A stretch of DNA of 64,000 nt from Raillietiella orientalis (Eukaryota): contig JAYWIR010000068.1 of NCBI GenBank assembly GCA_036172245.1, forward strand, positions 1-64,000, read 5' to 3'. Positions 37,301-50,289 of the stretch are shown here, piece after piece. A program made the position numbers and the translations under genes. The first letter of the stretch is position 1, and each line of letters begins with the position of its first letter. The notes below the pieces were generated by a model that was given only the letters and a program-made list of their open reading frames with translations, made no database searches and was not told where the DNA came from.

Positions 37301-37479
37301 TTGTTTATTTTTATTTTTATTTTTGTTTTATCCCCATTCCCTTTCGTTTCCGGGGAGTGCCACGCTGGGCTGCGTCCCGGCGTTCCGGCAGGTCCTGTGC
37401 CTATAACCGTGAGCGGGTCCTCCTACCACGGATGTAGAGTTTTTTCAAATAAACGCCCCGGGCGTACCCGGGTGACAAC

Positions 37480-37706
37480 TCCCAGTAATTAGTGATCTCT
37501 TCCCTGCCCTCCAACTCCTTTTCGTTTTCCTTATTTTTTTTTATTTTTTCTTTTTGGTTTTCCCCCCATCCCCTTTCACTGCTGAGAGCCATGCCGGGCC
37601 GCGTTCCGGTGTCCCGTTAGGTCGCGTGTCCATGGCCGTAGTGGGGCCTTCAGCCACGATTATGGAGTTTGCTAAATACACACCCCGGGCGTACCCGGGT
37701 GTTAAC
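37480..37706 (+). mobile_element. 3'-UTR-only LINE fragment
   Basis: Pyrimidine tract, GC-rich block and terminal AATACAC-CCCGGG-CGTA-CCCGGGT hairpin. Confidence 0.75.
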
Positions 37707-40700
37707 CCCGGACGAGGATCGCCATTACGCATGCGTGTGCGGAGCCCTGCTGCCCGTGTAGCGTCCCGCCTGCGCGCTCTCCCAGATTCAATGCCTGTTG
37801 TTTGGAGATGCTGTGTATATCCTCCAGCAGATCGAACGCGCGCAAGGCGTTGGCTACCGTCCGCCTCTTGGCGTCGCTCAGCCCGTTGACATTCCAACAG
37901 GCAACGCGGACGCCACGAGCGTACCCGAGTCCACGCATTACTGCTGCGGACAATACGGCGTGCGCCTCGCCCCGTCCAGCGTTGAGTCAGCAGGCAACAC
38001 AACGGACTAGGAAGTGGAATCGCTAGCGTTCAACGTTATTTCGCTCCCTGCTCAGTGCTGGCACACGAGAATCATCGCCTCAGGCTACAAACAGGTGTCG
38101 GAGTTCCTATGGCAAGAAGCTTCTGCGTGTGCACTTTTGCCCGGCGCGCTTCCTGCATGCGCTCTCTTGTTTGCAAACGCACTCCATCTCGAAGTCCGAA
38201 TGCAGAGCGCGAGATTAGCGTTTTGCCTGTCTGCTAGTGCCAGCAGGTGCAAGCTTTCCATGCCCGCGTGGATATCGCCGTAGTCGCCAACGCAGCTTCC
38301 GGAGCGTTGGCTTCTGCAGCCGCGCTCTCGCGCTGAGCGACAGACAGAGCTCGCAGCCGCAGTGCGTAGCTGGATACGCACCTTCTTCGGCATTTTGCGC
38401 TTCCTCCTTCCACTTATCTTCAGTATGGAAAATTGCGAATGGTCTACCTTCTTCCCGTTTGTATGCGTCCTGGCCACCAGAGTCCAGACCGCCTTGCCGT
38501 CGTCGGGAATGCCCTTCTGGTAAGCCGACGTCTCCCTCGCCTGTTTGTCCGGAGTAACCGAGTCAAATTTCGCGCTTCCGACAAGATAAGTCTCCGTCCC
38601 CGATACCCGCTGCACCTGCTCCTTCGCCAATGCGGGCGACACGGCGTTCATTGCCGCCATCGCACGATGCGCTCTGGCAGCTTACGCTCCCAGTGCTTAC
38701 GCCGTGGAAGGCGTGCTCTCCACGGCCTTCGTGGGAAACGGCCGTTCAAAGGCAGTTCCGAACGAGCTTGCTCTCGGTTTCCCGTGTAGTCTGCTGGACG
38801 AGGAAACGGACGCGGCCTTTGTTAGGTACGTGGGTGCACTCTTAGGCTAATTCAAAAGGGACAACTTGTCATCAGAACAACGTGTCATATTCCCCGGATG
38901 CGCGAATGTCTGGGATCGTGCCTCCCTGATGCAAGCGCAACCTTTTTCGCGGGACTGCCTCTCGCTAAAGCCGCGTCATTCGCGCTCGATTTCTACAGGA
39001 TCACAGCGGGAGAGCTTTTCGGCGCGGACTTCGTCAATTGTTGGCGATTTTTTTCCTGCCGCTTCCGCTTCAGCTCGGCGCACTCTTTAATCGAGTGGAC
39101 GAGCAGTTTGCAATAGCGGCAGTTGCGAAAAGGGCACGTCCACAGACGGTGGCCCTCTGGGCCGCAAATGCCGCAAGCCGGTCGCTGACCGGCAAATTTA
39201 AGGTGGAGGATCGCGTCGCCCACCTGCAAATGCGGAGGCATTTGCCTCCTATGCGCCATGGTGATACGCGCCATGGCAAGTCCGCTGTGGAGAGATGGAA
39301 TCCGTTTTATAGGATTGTCTGCTTTCCACAGCGCGTGCACCGTTACGAATGCACTAAGTGCATCGACGAGCACGCGATCGGGCGTGTCCACCCGGACGGC
39401 GGACAATCGGACCACCAACGACTGGTTCATGGCTGAACGGACGACCTCCTTCCCGCCTATCTTGAGCGGGATGAGAAGGCGCTGGACTAGGGCTGCATCT
39501 TTGATAGAGGCATTGAAAGGGAAGAAGTGCCCTAGGTGCCTCAGGAGATCGAAACTCTTATGGCCATCTCACCTGTCTCGGAAGAGTTGGGTCCCCCACA
39601 CCGTGAACTTCCCAGCAATAATGACGGGAAGCTCCTCTCGCCGTCATCAGCGCATTGCCGTTTGGAACGTCCACGGCATGACAAACGCCGCCAATAGACG
39701 CATCCTTCCAAAACCTCCCGTTATAGGATGGCGGCCTATTTTTCCCAATTCACATCTGTTTTTGTCGCGTGCTTACCGGAAGGTGCGGGCATAGTGGCGG
39801 GATTTTCTTGAGTCGCACGAGGCTTTGCCGCCTTTACCGCGAATCGTTTTTTCGTGGCCGACTTGCCTTTCGCAGACGGAGGGGGACGCGACCCCTTTTT
39901 GGGCGCTACGGAGGACTTCCCGAGCGTGCCACCATATTTCGTTCCGGAGCTATAATGGACGGAGGCTGCGGCTCTGCCTATTGCGTTTTCTGCATGCTGG
40001 GTCTCTCGGTGGCTCCAGGCTTACTTTTGGCAACTTGGAGATACTTTTTCCCTCTTTTGGTGAATTCTGGGGAGCTTTGCTCCCTGACATGGACGTGCAA
40101 TTGGATTTTTGGCTACTCCGCTCCGAGGCTTCGTTCGTGCCGGATTTCTTGCCCGAAGATAGGGCGCATGAAATCTGCATGGACGGCGATGTTACGGATA
40201 CGTTCCTTGCCCGCCTTTTACGTTTTAGCTCGGCGCACTCGTTGATCGAATGGGCGAGCATCTTACAGTAGCGGCAACTGCGTGTGAGGCCCTTCTGCCT
40301 TTCTTTCCGCAGTTTTTCATGCCGGAGTTTGTGCAGCAAAGCGAATAAATATGACGGCGTCACGGATGGATCTCCGAAGGCAGCAGTCTCCGGTTCTCCA
40401 TGATGACGCGCGCCGTGGAGAGTCCACAAGAGAGGCGCGGAACCTTCTTGACGGGGGTCACGCGCCTCCACAATGCGTGCACGGTGGCGAACGCCTCTAT
40501 TGCAACGATCATGTGGCAGTCAGCTATTTCCGTCAAAATGTCCGAGTTGGACCACGAACGAATGGTCCAGGGCCGAGGGGACGACCTCCTTACCCCTGAT
40601 TTTCAGGGGTGTTCGGAGCAGGCGCTGGACGAGGACTGAATCCCTGCAGTGCATCTCCCAATGCCCGAGCGCGCTTACTGCCAGGAAGTCGTCCTTGCAG

Positions 40701-40870
40701 ACCGACGCGTTCCATATCGCTCAAAAGTTGGACGAACGTCCTATTGCAAAACAAGGCACTAACCTTGTAGGAGAACACTGGATTGAAGCCTTGGGCTACG
40801 TATGCATGCTGCTCTGCCTCGTCCGTGGGCGTTGCGTCACCCTCCGCTGCCTTGGCAACGGCGCAATACG
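37707..40870 (-). mobile_element. Two decayed family C-like ORF1/EN fragments, with a short + strand ORF1/EN junction piece at ~39500-39700
   Basis: VACWNVNG, CGICGPEGHRLWTC and CRYCKMLAHSINEC; RIAVWNVHG on + at ~39650. Confidence 0.8.
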
Positions 40871-42099
40871 ATAGATGTTCCCCAGCGGTACGCCTACTTA
40901 TTTCAAAGACGTAACGTTCCGGATCCCCAGGCGGATCCATTCGGACTGTCCTTCCCACACCTCACCAACAAAATCGAAAGTAGCATAAATTTGCATTTCG
41001 CTTCCACGTACTCTTCCATTCCCCATTCCTGACTGTAAATTCCCATCCTCAGCCGAAAAACGATACAATCGTTCCTGTAACCTGAAGCACCATCTGACAC
41101 GTATACACGGTGTAACTCTCCAAAGCTCCACTGGCTTTTGTGACCCATGTGATTTTACTACGAACCGGTTTCACTATTCCCCCGACTCTCGTGAATGAAC
41201 CCATTCACTTCGAAATGTGCAGCTTCCTCGTCTTCTGAAAAAAGTTAACTATCATTCCTAGTCTTCTGTATCTAGCTTCGACCGTAAAAGCTGCCTCTAC
41301 GCACAACCGGACAACACACGACACATCAAGAACAGTTACTATACAAAGTTTTTCACAAACAACCTGCCACTAGTAACGTGATAACATACGAACACCCGAT
41401 TGAAGACCAATCAGCAGCTACCTCAGAAATATCAATCACATACCAACCACCGACCAATTCCACTCCGAAACGTCAACCTGACAACGATATGATTCCCGAA
41501 CCACAACCGATACTAACGTCTGCACAGCAGGAAGCAATTGCCATTTTCCGACAACACAAAGACGCATTCCAACCTTCGCGTGCCGAAATTCTATCCCTGA
41601 CTGATTCTTCCATCCCTGTGCAAATGGAAACAGACCACAACGAACAATCAACTATGGAATCGCGTCAAATGAAATCTCCCCTGTCCTCATAATCAATCTC
41701 ATTAGCTGATGTGAAAAATCAGCCGCGCGTGATTCTCACGAAAATACACTCCCCTTATGCGCCTTCTCAACGCTTCCCTCCTATCATCCCAACCTACCAC
41801 ACCATAAGAGGCAGTGCATCCTCCGTTAAAATGCAATCCCTTGTGAAGATTCCCGTGTCGGCTAAAACATCATGCGCGGTGGTCAATGCTCCACCTACCA
41901 TGTATAGCACCACACAATCAATTTCTCTTCCAATACTTGACAGAGAAGACATCTTAAGTCGCAACCATTACATACTGCTGCTTCCTTGTCCCCTAAAGCT
42001 ATACAGCGCAAAGGACCCTCTCCAAAACAACCACAATCCAATAGCGCCTAGATTCCGTCGATCTCATAGTCAGTGTGTAAAATAACCACCTCTCGACCG

Positions 42100-43560
42100 C
42101 GCCCTTGCTATCTCTATTGTGTCCTAACCCCCACTTCCCGTCCTACTACCGCCCACTTAAGGACATTCAACTTCCGCCTATATCCAACAACGATGTAACT
42201 CTTACACCTAACAACGCCCTTTTAGTGCAATTTAATGTATCCCGTACCCTGAGCTGCATAAAAGCTTCCTGGCCCTGGCGAACACAAACTCTCGATGCCA
42301 GCAACATGCTTCGGTCTCTCAAACGCCACCTAACCACTGCACACAAGCTACCTTTTTGCAAACACAAGTTGCTCTGTTGGAAATGCACCTCGGATGTCTC
42401 CTATCCTACACATCGCCACCCATACTTTAAACACATCGCTCCCCGCAGCTTCCTGCTTCCTGCTTCCTCCTGAATTCAACATACGCCCCTACAACCTTTT
42501 TAGAAGACCCACTCCTTACGGCAATGCTTTTCGCCTAACCAGCCCAAGGCATCTCCAAACTTTGCATCGACGCAACAGAAAGAGAGCCATTCCCACACTT
42601 TTGCACCCCAATCCCATCCAATTCAACGGCTCTCTATCGACAGTTGAAACCATCTTTAGTGAGAAATTCTCAGCAAAGAATATTAACACCGAAATTCTTC
42701 GGAAAAGCCCAACTCCAGCTTTTCGGGAAGTTAATTGCACGAACATTATCCCTCAGGAAGTTCTGGTCACATTACAGTACGCTCCGGACCCTGACCCTGG
42801 AAATAATGGAATGCCCTACTCCTTCCTCCTAGAAGCTGACCCAGGCGGATCTGGTCTTGCGGTCCTTTACAATGTTTGTATTCACCATTTGGGAATCCCT
42901 AAAGACTGGAAGAGTTCTCATACAGTTCTAATTCCAAAATCTGGAGCCTCTGACCCCACGGACGTAACGCAATTTCCGCCCATCGCCATCTCCAACACCA
43001 TGGACAATCTGTTTTGTAAAATCCTCGCTAGACCCATGCGAACGTGCATACTCAACAATGGAATCCTTGGACATCAACTGAAGGGATTTCTCCCTTATGA
43101 TAGTGTTTTAAAACAAAACTTTGCCCTCACCACTCTAGTCGAGCGCTCCCGGCACGACCACAATGACATTGCCATAGCGTGGATAGATTTTAAAGAGGTG
43201 TTTTCCTCCATCCCTACCAGCACATCCAAGATATGTTGATCTTACTGGGGACTGGTCATCAACTTCATGGTATCATATCCGAAATGTATTCGGAATCTAC
43301 AACAGCAATTGTAAACTCGGAAGGACATCCTACCCAATTCCAATCCGTTACGGAGTACTCCCAGGGTGCCCGCTGGCTGGTTTATTATTTAGCATCGCTC
43401 TCCAACCTTTTATCACAATCCTGAAGCACCACCACCCCTCTATCATTCCAATTCCATATGCCGATGATGTTCCGCTCATAGCATGCTACACAGACGAGCT
43501 AGAACTTGCCAACACACTTGCAGAAGACATACCTGCTGCGAACTTACAAATCCACCCCAA
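42100..43560 (+). pseudogene. Decayed RLE-type (NeSL/Utopia-like) non-LTR retrotransposon, zinc-finger region and RT
   Basis: ADPGG..LYNVC..IPKDWKSSHTVLIPK, QLKGFLPYD, IAWIDF..F.SIP, YADD at ~43457; LKRHL..H..C..C upstream; AT-richer than the flanks. Confidence 0.7.
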
Positions 43561-43929
43561 TAAATGCGGCTCGTATCACTACGTAGCCTCCCCACCGCAT
43601 GTGCAAAATACATCGCTGTCTGTGAATTGTGCAGATCCATGGACGCGAACATACTTTTCGCGCCTACTTGGACGCAGCCGCAGGAAATCGTGACGAAGCA
43701 AAGCCGGGCTGCGGTAAAAGTCGCAGCCGCAAGCAAGAACACGCCGCGACGGTAAGAGGGAACGCAAGGAGCCTTCGCGTCAGCGGTAAACCTCCACAAG
43801 ACGTTCGATTCCGTAAATAAAGGGCTTTTCTTCAAGCTCCTGGAACCCTTTGATCAAGCGCAACTTTTGAATAACTTCCGCGATTGCTGACGCCAAGCGC
43901 TAACCTGCATTTCTTTCTGCGGCTGCCAT

Positions 43930-45978
43930 GCGGTCGCTAATCCCGTAGGTAGGGGCATCCGTCAAGAAGATAGCTTAAGTCCGTTACTCTTCAGTGTATT
44001 CTTTGAATTGGTGCTGAGAGCATACAGGCTGACGCTGTCTCACTTGCCAAGCTTCTGACCGGGAACCCTTGCCGTGGCCGCCTACGCTGATGACCTGCTG
44101 ATGAACTGCACCTGCTCCCCATGTCCACCCCGGCGTCCAGTGTTGAAGATTTCTTCGACCTGGTTCGTCGTGGAGCGGGCGTGAGCGTGAACACAGAGAA
44201 CAGCGTGGTCGTACCTGTGGGTGCGTCGTGGGAGAGGAAATCCGACTGGATCCTCCTGGGGATCCCTACGGGCGGGTACTTTAAGTACCTTGGCGTTCCA
44301 AGGGTCGCTATCGGCACTGCCGAGGCGTGGTTGAACCGCCTTCTTAAGAAAGAGGTGGCCGCAGCCAGTTCCTTCATGGAAACTTCACCTTCAGGAATGG
44401 GCGACTATTTCGAATACCTTACTGCCCACCGCCTCCGCCCCCTTTTCCTTGTTTTGGAACGCCCTTACGCAACAAAAGGACGGGCTAAACGTTTGTTGAG
44501 AAACTCTCTGTGGACCGGCGCGATCCAGGATTCGTCTGGAACACTTCGCGGATCCACGTCGGGATGCTGGTTTGCGTATCCTGACAATGGAGCGAATCGG
44601 ACTGCAGGTGCAGTTCCCACTGCTGCCACTGTGTGCCAAGCTGTGGACAACCCCCTATGTGTGCCTGCACGCATTCTCCTGCGGAGATGCGCTGGCAATG
44701 GAGGACAGCCCTCGCTGTTGCCGGGCACCAGATACAGGAAGCGAGGTTTCCGCTATACAATGAGGCAATTTACCGCACTTCTGGAAGCCCACTCGTGGAT
44801 CTCCTGCCTACCAATGAACTTGACGCATGGTGGCAGGAGTATGTTGAATTCTGGGCAGTATTCCAAGGAATGCGCTCTGCAGATCTTCGCCCCCTGAGCC
44901 ATCTGCTTCCGCGACCTTTGGAAGACGTACTGCAGGACGAGGTGAAGTTTTCCATCTTGGCTGCACGCATCTCGCCGCAACGCTGTCTGCCCTCAGGGCA
45001 AGAAATGACAGTTGACAACCGGAGAGGTGGAAGGTCAAAATAGCAGGACGAACAGAAACTCCTGGGCGCCTGGAAGACCAGTGAGTTGGCGGACTCCGCT
45101 ACTCCTGTTGCTGTTAAGGGATTCCTTCACTAGAGAGCAGAACTTGGCGTCACCCCCGAAGAACTTACTGTAACCCTCCACAGTGCGTTGACAGTTCGCT
45201 GCTCCCTCTTGCTTGGAAACAAGCCGTGCTGCTCTTCGTTCACTGGGGTTTTCAGTGCAACGAGCGCTGACATCGTGACTCCGGGGGACTTCCGTCTGGG
45301 AACTGCGTTCGGTGCGGGTCGACGGAGTCGATCCCACACCTACTTCTGGACTGCGGTGTCCTACAAGGAACCTGGCAGAGACTGGCAACGGCACTCTCGC
45401 ATCCCGTGGACACAGCAAGAGACTTCCTGCAACGGTAATTCGCCCCGAGCGGCTGTCTACAAGCACAAGGATCGCAACCATCGGTTTCATACACGCCTTA
45501 GTTTCAGCACGTAAGGCGCAGGTAATCAACGGGCAGCATCAATAAGTAGTAGGCAAGGCAGCCTCCTATATGGAAGCGGCCGCCGGATGGCCTCAATTAG
45601 CCGAGGACACAAAAAAGGATGTCGACGACATACACCGCCAGTTTACAGACGGTACCCAGCAGCGCACCCGGGGACCCTTTCCTTCGCCCCCATAAATTGG
45701 TTTCTCTGTTTATTTTTTTCACTTTTGTTCCCTTAGGCTCCGAAGCATTCCAGGTGCTCTTTCTTTTGAATCCACGTGAGTACGGAGCCTCACCAAAGAC
45801 CCGTTACTCTTCCCTCCAGTTTTTGTATTTTTGTTTTGTTATCCCCTTATTCCTCCCATGTAGCGAGCAAGCCTGCGCGCCGGTAACTTATCTTTGTTTC
45901 TTTCGCTTTGTTGGTTTGGGACATTGTCCCTGACCGGTTTATTATAAATAAACTCCCCGGCGTGACCGGGTGATAAAC
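43930..45978 (+). mobile_element. Decayed family E-like 3' half
   Basis: GIRQEDSLSP, YADD, FKYLG; 3' hairpin 45947-45978. Confidence 0.85.
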
Positions 45979-48560
45979 TTCAATCGAGTATGGACGTTTT
46001 TTTCCATCGCTCTCGTCTCCAGGCTCTCATTCGCTTCATCCTGGTGTCGTGCATTCTGACAAGATGTCGACCCAACCCGAAACTACTAAAGTTGGAGGAA
46101 CAGCATCCGGATCTGCAATCGCGGAACCGAACGGCCGCATCTTCGTCTGCCTCGACAATGGCGAGAGGTTTTCCTGACTTTGCTGCCGCGACAGCCGTCG
46201 AAGGGGCACCCCCCGACGAGTCCGAGTTGCGGACATACGTAGTTCAGGGCTATAGCCCCGCTCTGCGATACAAGGTGAGTGGTCTCCTTTCTGCGCGTCA
46301 CGGGAATCACTTCAACCACGACGCAAGGCGGACGTGCCTAGTGTTGCTCCTCGAGCGCGATTCCTTTTGTATTCATTGTGTGTGGTGTGCCAACGTGCGT
46401 CCACCAGGAAGTCTACGGGACCCGTGCAAGAGAAGATGGATGTCGAGGCTGCAGCTGGAAATAGAGTTCCTCTCATTGATTCTCGGCACGCATCTAATAC
46501 CTGTGTCTCGCCAACGGCGAGAAGCTTCGCTGCCTTCGTCAACGCAGCGTCAGCAAACGGAGAACCCACCGACGAAGCGGAGCTGCAGCCATATGCAGCC
46601 CATGGCTACACGCCTACACTCTGCTATCCGCTGAGCGATGCAATCTCCGACGGGGACCGAGAAGTTCTAGGGGACGAGATTTTCAGCGTCGGGGTCCGGC
46701 AGAGCGACATCAAGGCCGTCATGCCGGCTCACGCGCTAGGACACTGGGAGGTGCAGTGCAAAGAGGCATCCCTAGTTCAGCGCCTTCTCCGCACCCCGCT
46801 TAACATACGCGGGAAGGAGGTCGTCCCGACGGCCATGGACCAGTCGTTCGTGGACCGATGTCCGCCGTCCAGGGCGACACGCCTGATCGCGTGCTCGTCG
46901 ATGCACTTAGTGCATTCGCAACGCTGCACGCGCTGTGGAAAGCAGACAATCCTATAAAACGAATACCATCTCTCCACAGCGGACTTGCCATGGGGCGCGT
47001 CACCATGGCGCATAGGAGGCAAATGCCTCCGCACTTGCAGGTGGGCGATGCGATCCACCACCTTAAATTTGCCGGTCAGCGACCGGCTTGCGGCATTTGC
47101 GGTGCAGATGGCCGCCGTCCGTGGACGTGCCCTTCACGCAACTGCCGCTATTGTAAACAGCTCGGCCACTCCATTAAAGAGTACAACGAGCTGAAGAGAA
47201 AGCGGCAGGCGAATACCCGACAACAATCGACCCCGTCCGCGCCGAAAAGATCCCCCGTTGTGCCACGGGAGAAATCGGGCGCGAAGGGCGGGGCATCTTC
47301 GAGTGGCGGTTCCGCGAAAAAGGGCGCGGTTGCTCCAGGGACGCCACCATCCCAGACAGCCACGCAAACGGGAAAGAAGCCACGTCGCCCTGGGTGCAAA
47401 TCGTTCCCTTCGGAGCAGCCCAAGAATGCATGCACGCACTCAATGAATGCTGCTGAACCGTCTGCGTCCGCTTGCGCGTCCAGCAAAACACACGCGAAAC
47501 CGTGCGCGGGCACCCTCGGAGCTGCCTGCGAACGGCAGTGTCCTCATACGGCCGCGGAAATCACGTCTTCCACGGCGAAGGCACGAGCAGCGAAGGCTGC
47601 AGTAGCGCCTCGCGCGACGACGGCAATCACCGCCGTTTCGCCCGCATCGGCTAAGGAGCAGGTGCAGTGCGCAACGGGGACGGAGCCGTCTCCCGCCGCG
47701 AGCGAGAAATACGAGCCCGCATCTCCGGCCAAACAATTGGGGGAGGCGTCGGCCTTACAGGAGGGCGTCCCCGACGCGGACTGGCCTCGCGTCTCCAGGA
47801 CGCCCACAAAGGGGAAGAAGAAGGTTGACCCTTTAATATTCCCCATCCTTAAGGTAGGTGGGAGACAGAAGAGAAGCACGCCGAAGAAGGTAAGTACCCA
47901 GGTACGCACTACGGCTGCATTCTCTGTCTCTGTCGCTTCGCGCGAGAGGGCGGCCGCGGAAGCCAAAGCTCCAGAATCTGCGTTGGCGACTGCGGCGGCC
48001 CCGCGCGGGCAGCGCAAGCCCCCACCTGCCGTAAAAACAAGAGACAGGAGAATCGCCAGTCTCGTTCTCGGCATTCGGACTCCGAGGTGCAGTCCGATTG
48101 CAAACAGAGAGTGCGCGCATCCCGGGGTAAGCCCGTAGCGCGCCGGGCTAAAGTGCGAAAGCACGAGCCTGTTGCCGGAGGCGGTTCCGGCTCCTGCACG
48201 GAGACCGAGGCGATGATCCTCGGCTCCCAGGACTCAGCTGGGCGCGATGTGGCGGCGAACGGGAGCGATTCCGCTTCCCAATCCGCTCTCCTACCAGCTG
48301 ACTTCTCGCCGGACGGGGCGAGGAGCACGCCGTCATGTCCGCAGCAGTGATGCGTGGACTCGCGTCCGCTCGTCGCGTCAGCGTGTCCTGTTGGAATGTC
48401 AACGGGCTACGTGATGCTAAAAAAACGCGGACGGTAGCCAACGCTTTGCGCGAGTTCGATCTGGTGCTGCTGCAATAGATACATAGCATCTCCGTACGGC
48501 AGGCATCGGATCTGGAAGAGCGCGCGGTCGGGACGCTATACTGGCGGCAAGCCTCCGCGC
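45979..48560 (+). mobile_element. Two family C-like 5' ends (motifs at ~45991 and 46329), ORF1 and start of EN
   Basis: TGGACGT and CGGACGTG motifs; CGICGADG..C and CRYCKQLGH knuckles; SCWNVNG at ~48390. Confidence 0.82.
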
Positions 48561-48564
48561 ACAC

Positions 48565-50288
48565 GAGGACTTCTTCGAGTTCATTCGTCGGGGAGCGGGC
48601 CTGAGCGTCAGCAGGACGAAATCAACCGTTGTACCGGTTGGCTCTAGGTGGAGGGTGGCAGTCCGATTGCATCCGCCTGGGGATCCCCACGGGCAGGTGC
48701 TTTAAGTACTGGGCGTTCCCCTGGGCGCCTTCTGTCCAGTAGAAGCGTGGTAGGACTGCCTTCACATGGCGGAGACTGCTCTGGGCCCGTTCCAAGGCGG
48801 CAGGTTTCTCATGTCGGAACGGGCCTTCGTATGAAACATTTTCGTTGCCCCCCTCCTCCGTCCCCTCTTTTTTGTTTGTATCCCTCCCTACTCGGCTAAG
48901 CGCCGGGCTCAGCGCCTGTTGCGGAACGCCTTGTGGGGACCGGCGAAGTCCAGGATCCGACCTAAGGACTTGAAGGCTCCTCGGCGGGATGCAGGATTGG
49001 GCATCCTGACGGTGGAGCGGATCGAACTGCTATTGCAGTTTCGCATGCTGGCACTTTGTGACCAGCTATGGACTACTCCCAGGTGCGCTCCAGCGCGGCT
49101 GCTGCTGCGGCGCTGCACGGGTGGCGACTTACTACGTTCGTTGCATCTGTGCACGGAGCGCCCCCAGAGAGGATTCGGCTTCCCTTTGAAGCAGCTATCC
49201 TCGCTTCTGGGAAAGCATGCGCGGATCTCCTGCCGGCACACGAACTTCAACGCCTGGAGGCAAAAAGTTTTATCGTCCTAGGCAGAGCAACAGGATGTTT
49301 CGTTTGGAACTCCGTTGCGTGAACCTTTTCCCATATTGTCAGTTGGGGGAGGTGCTGGAAGACCAGGACCAGTGGACACGCCTAGCCGCTACGCCACTCG
49401 CCGAAGCACTGTGTGCACTGATGCTGCGAGACGACAGTGACCTGCCGGGGAGGTGGGAGATCGCTTGCGAAATCGCAGGCGAAACCCGACTTCTGGGCGG
49501 CTGGCGGACTTGCGAAGTGACAGACGCTGCCACACCTCGCCTTCGTGCCAAGGGACTTCTCCTGTGGAGTGAGCTCCTCGGGGTGCCCACCGATGAACTT
49601 GTGGTCCCTTCTGAGTGTTTGGACGCGACTCTCTTCCCCCTTTGGTGGAAACAGGACGCTTTTCTGCTGGTGCATTGGGGTTTGTACTGCAACCAGCGCG
49701 CGCACCTGGTTTCCGGGGGAGTTGCGTCCCCGAACTGTGCCAAACGCGGAGCGGTGGAATCGCTTCCGCATTTGCTGTTTGAATGCGGTGCCCTCCAGGA
49801 GCTGTGTCGGCGGCTGTCTTCAGCGCTCCTGCACGCTGGACACACCGTACTGGATTGGATGTGCCGCTTCTACACGCCTGGCGGTCTTTCTCTTGGAGCG
49901 GTCGTCGCAATCATCTGCTGCGTCCGCGCTATTGTCAGGGCCCGCCACGTATTGCAGATGCGAGCAATCCGCACATCGGTCCCCGACACCGCAGCCTGCC
50001 ACCTGCAAGTGTTTTCCGGGTGGCCACACTTGGGAGCAGAAGTGAGGACGGAGATCGGCGGCATTCACCACCGGTTGTGAGAATAGTAACGGTTAAACTG
50101 TATACCCCTGTCTCCGCCCTCCCACCTAATCTATTTATTTATTGTCCCCCACGCTCCCGTTCCGAACTCTCAGTGTGCACGGCATGCGTTCCGGGAAATC
50201 TACTCCCTATCTTCTGTTCCCCTTGCCTGGGAACACAGTTCCCAGAAGATATTATAAATAAACGTCCCGGCTCAACCGGGTAATAAAC
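48565..50288 (+). mobile_element. Decayed family E-like 3' part
   Basis: APRRDAGLG and CAKRGAVESLPHLLFEC; 3' hairpin 50257-50288. Confidence 0.85.
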
Positions 50289-50289
50289 G

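Larger units (their letters stand above)
26296..37478 (+). mobile_element. Family B-like full-length element split by the antisense A insertion (parts 26296-28945 and 34483-37478)
   Basis: 5' motif at 26306; ORF2 reads ...GVTLRSL/QDWDLFK across the insert; 3' hairpin 37448-37478. Confidence 0.93.
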
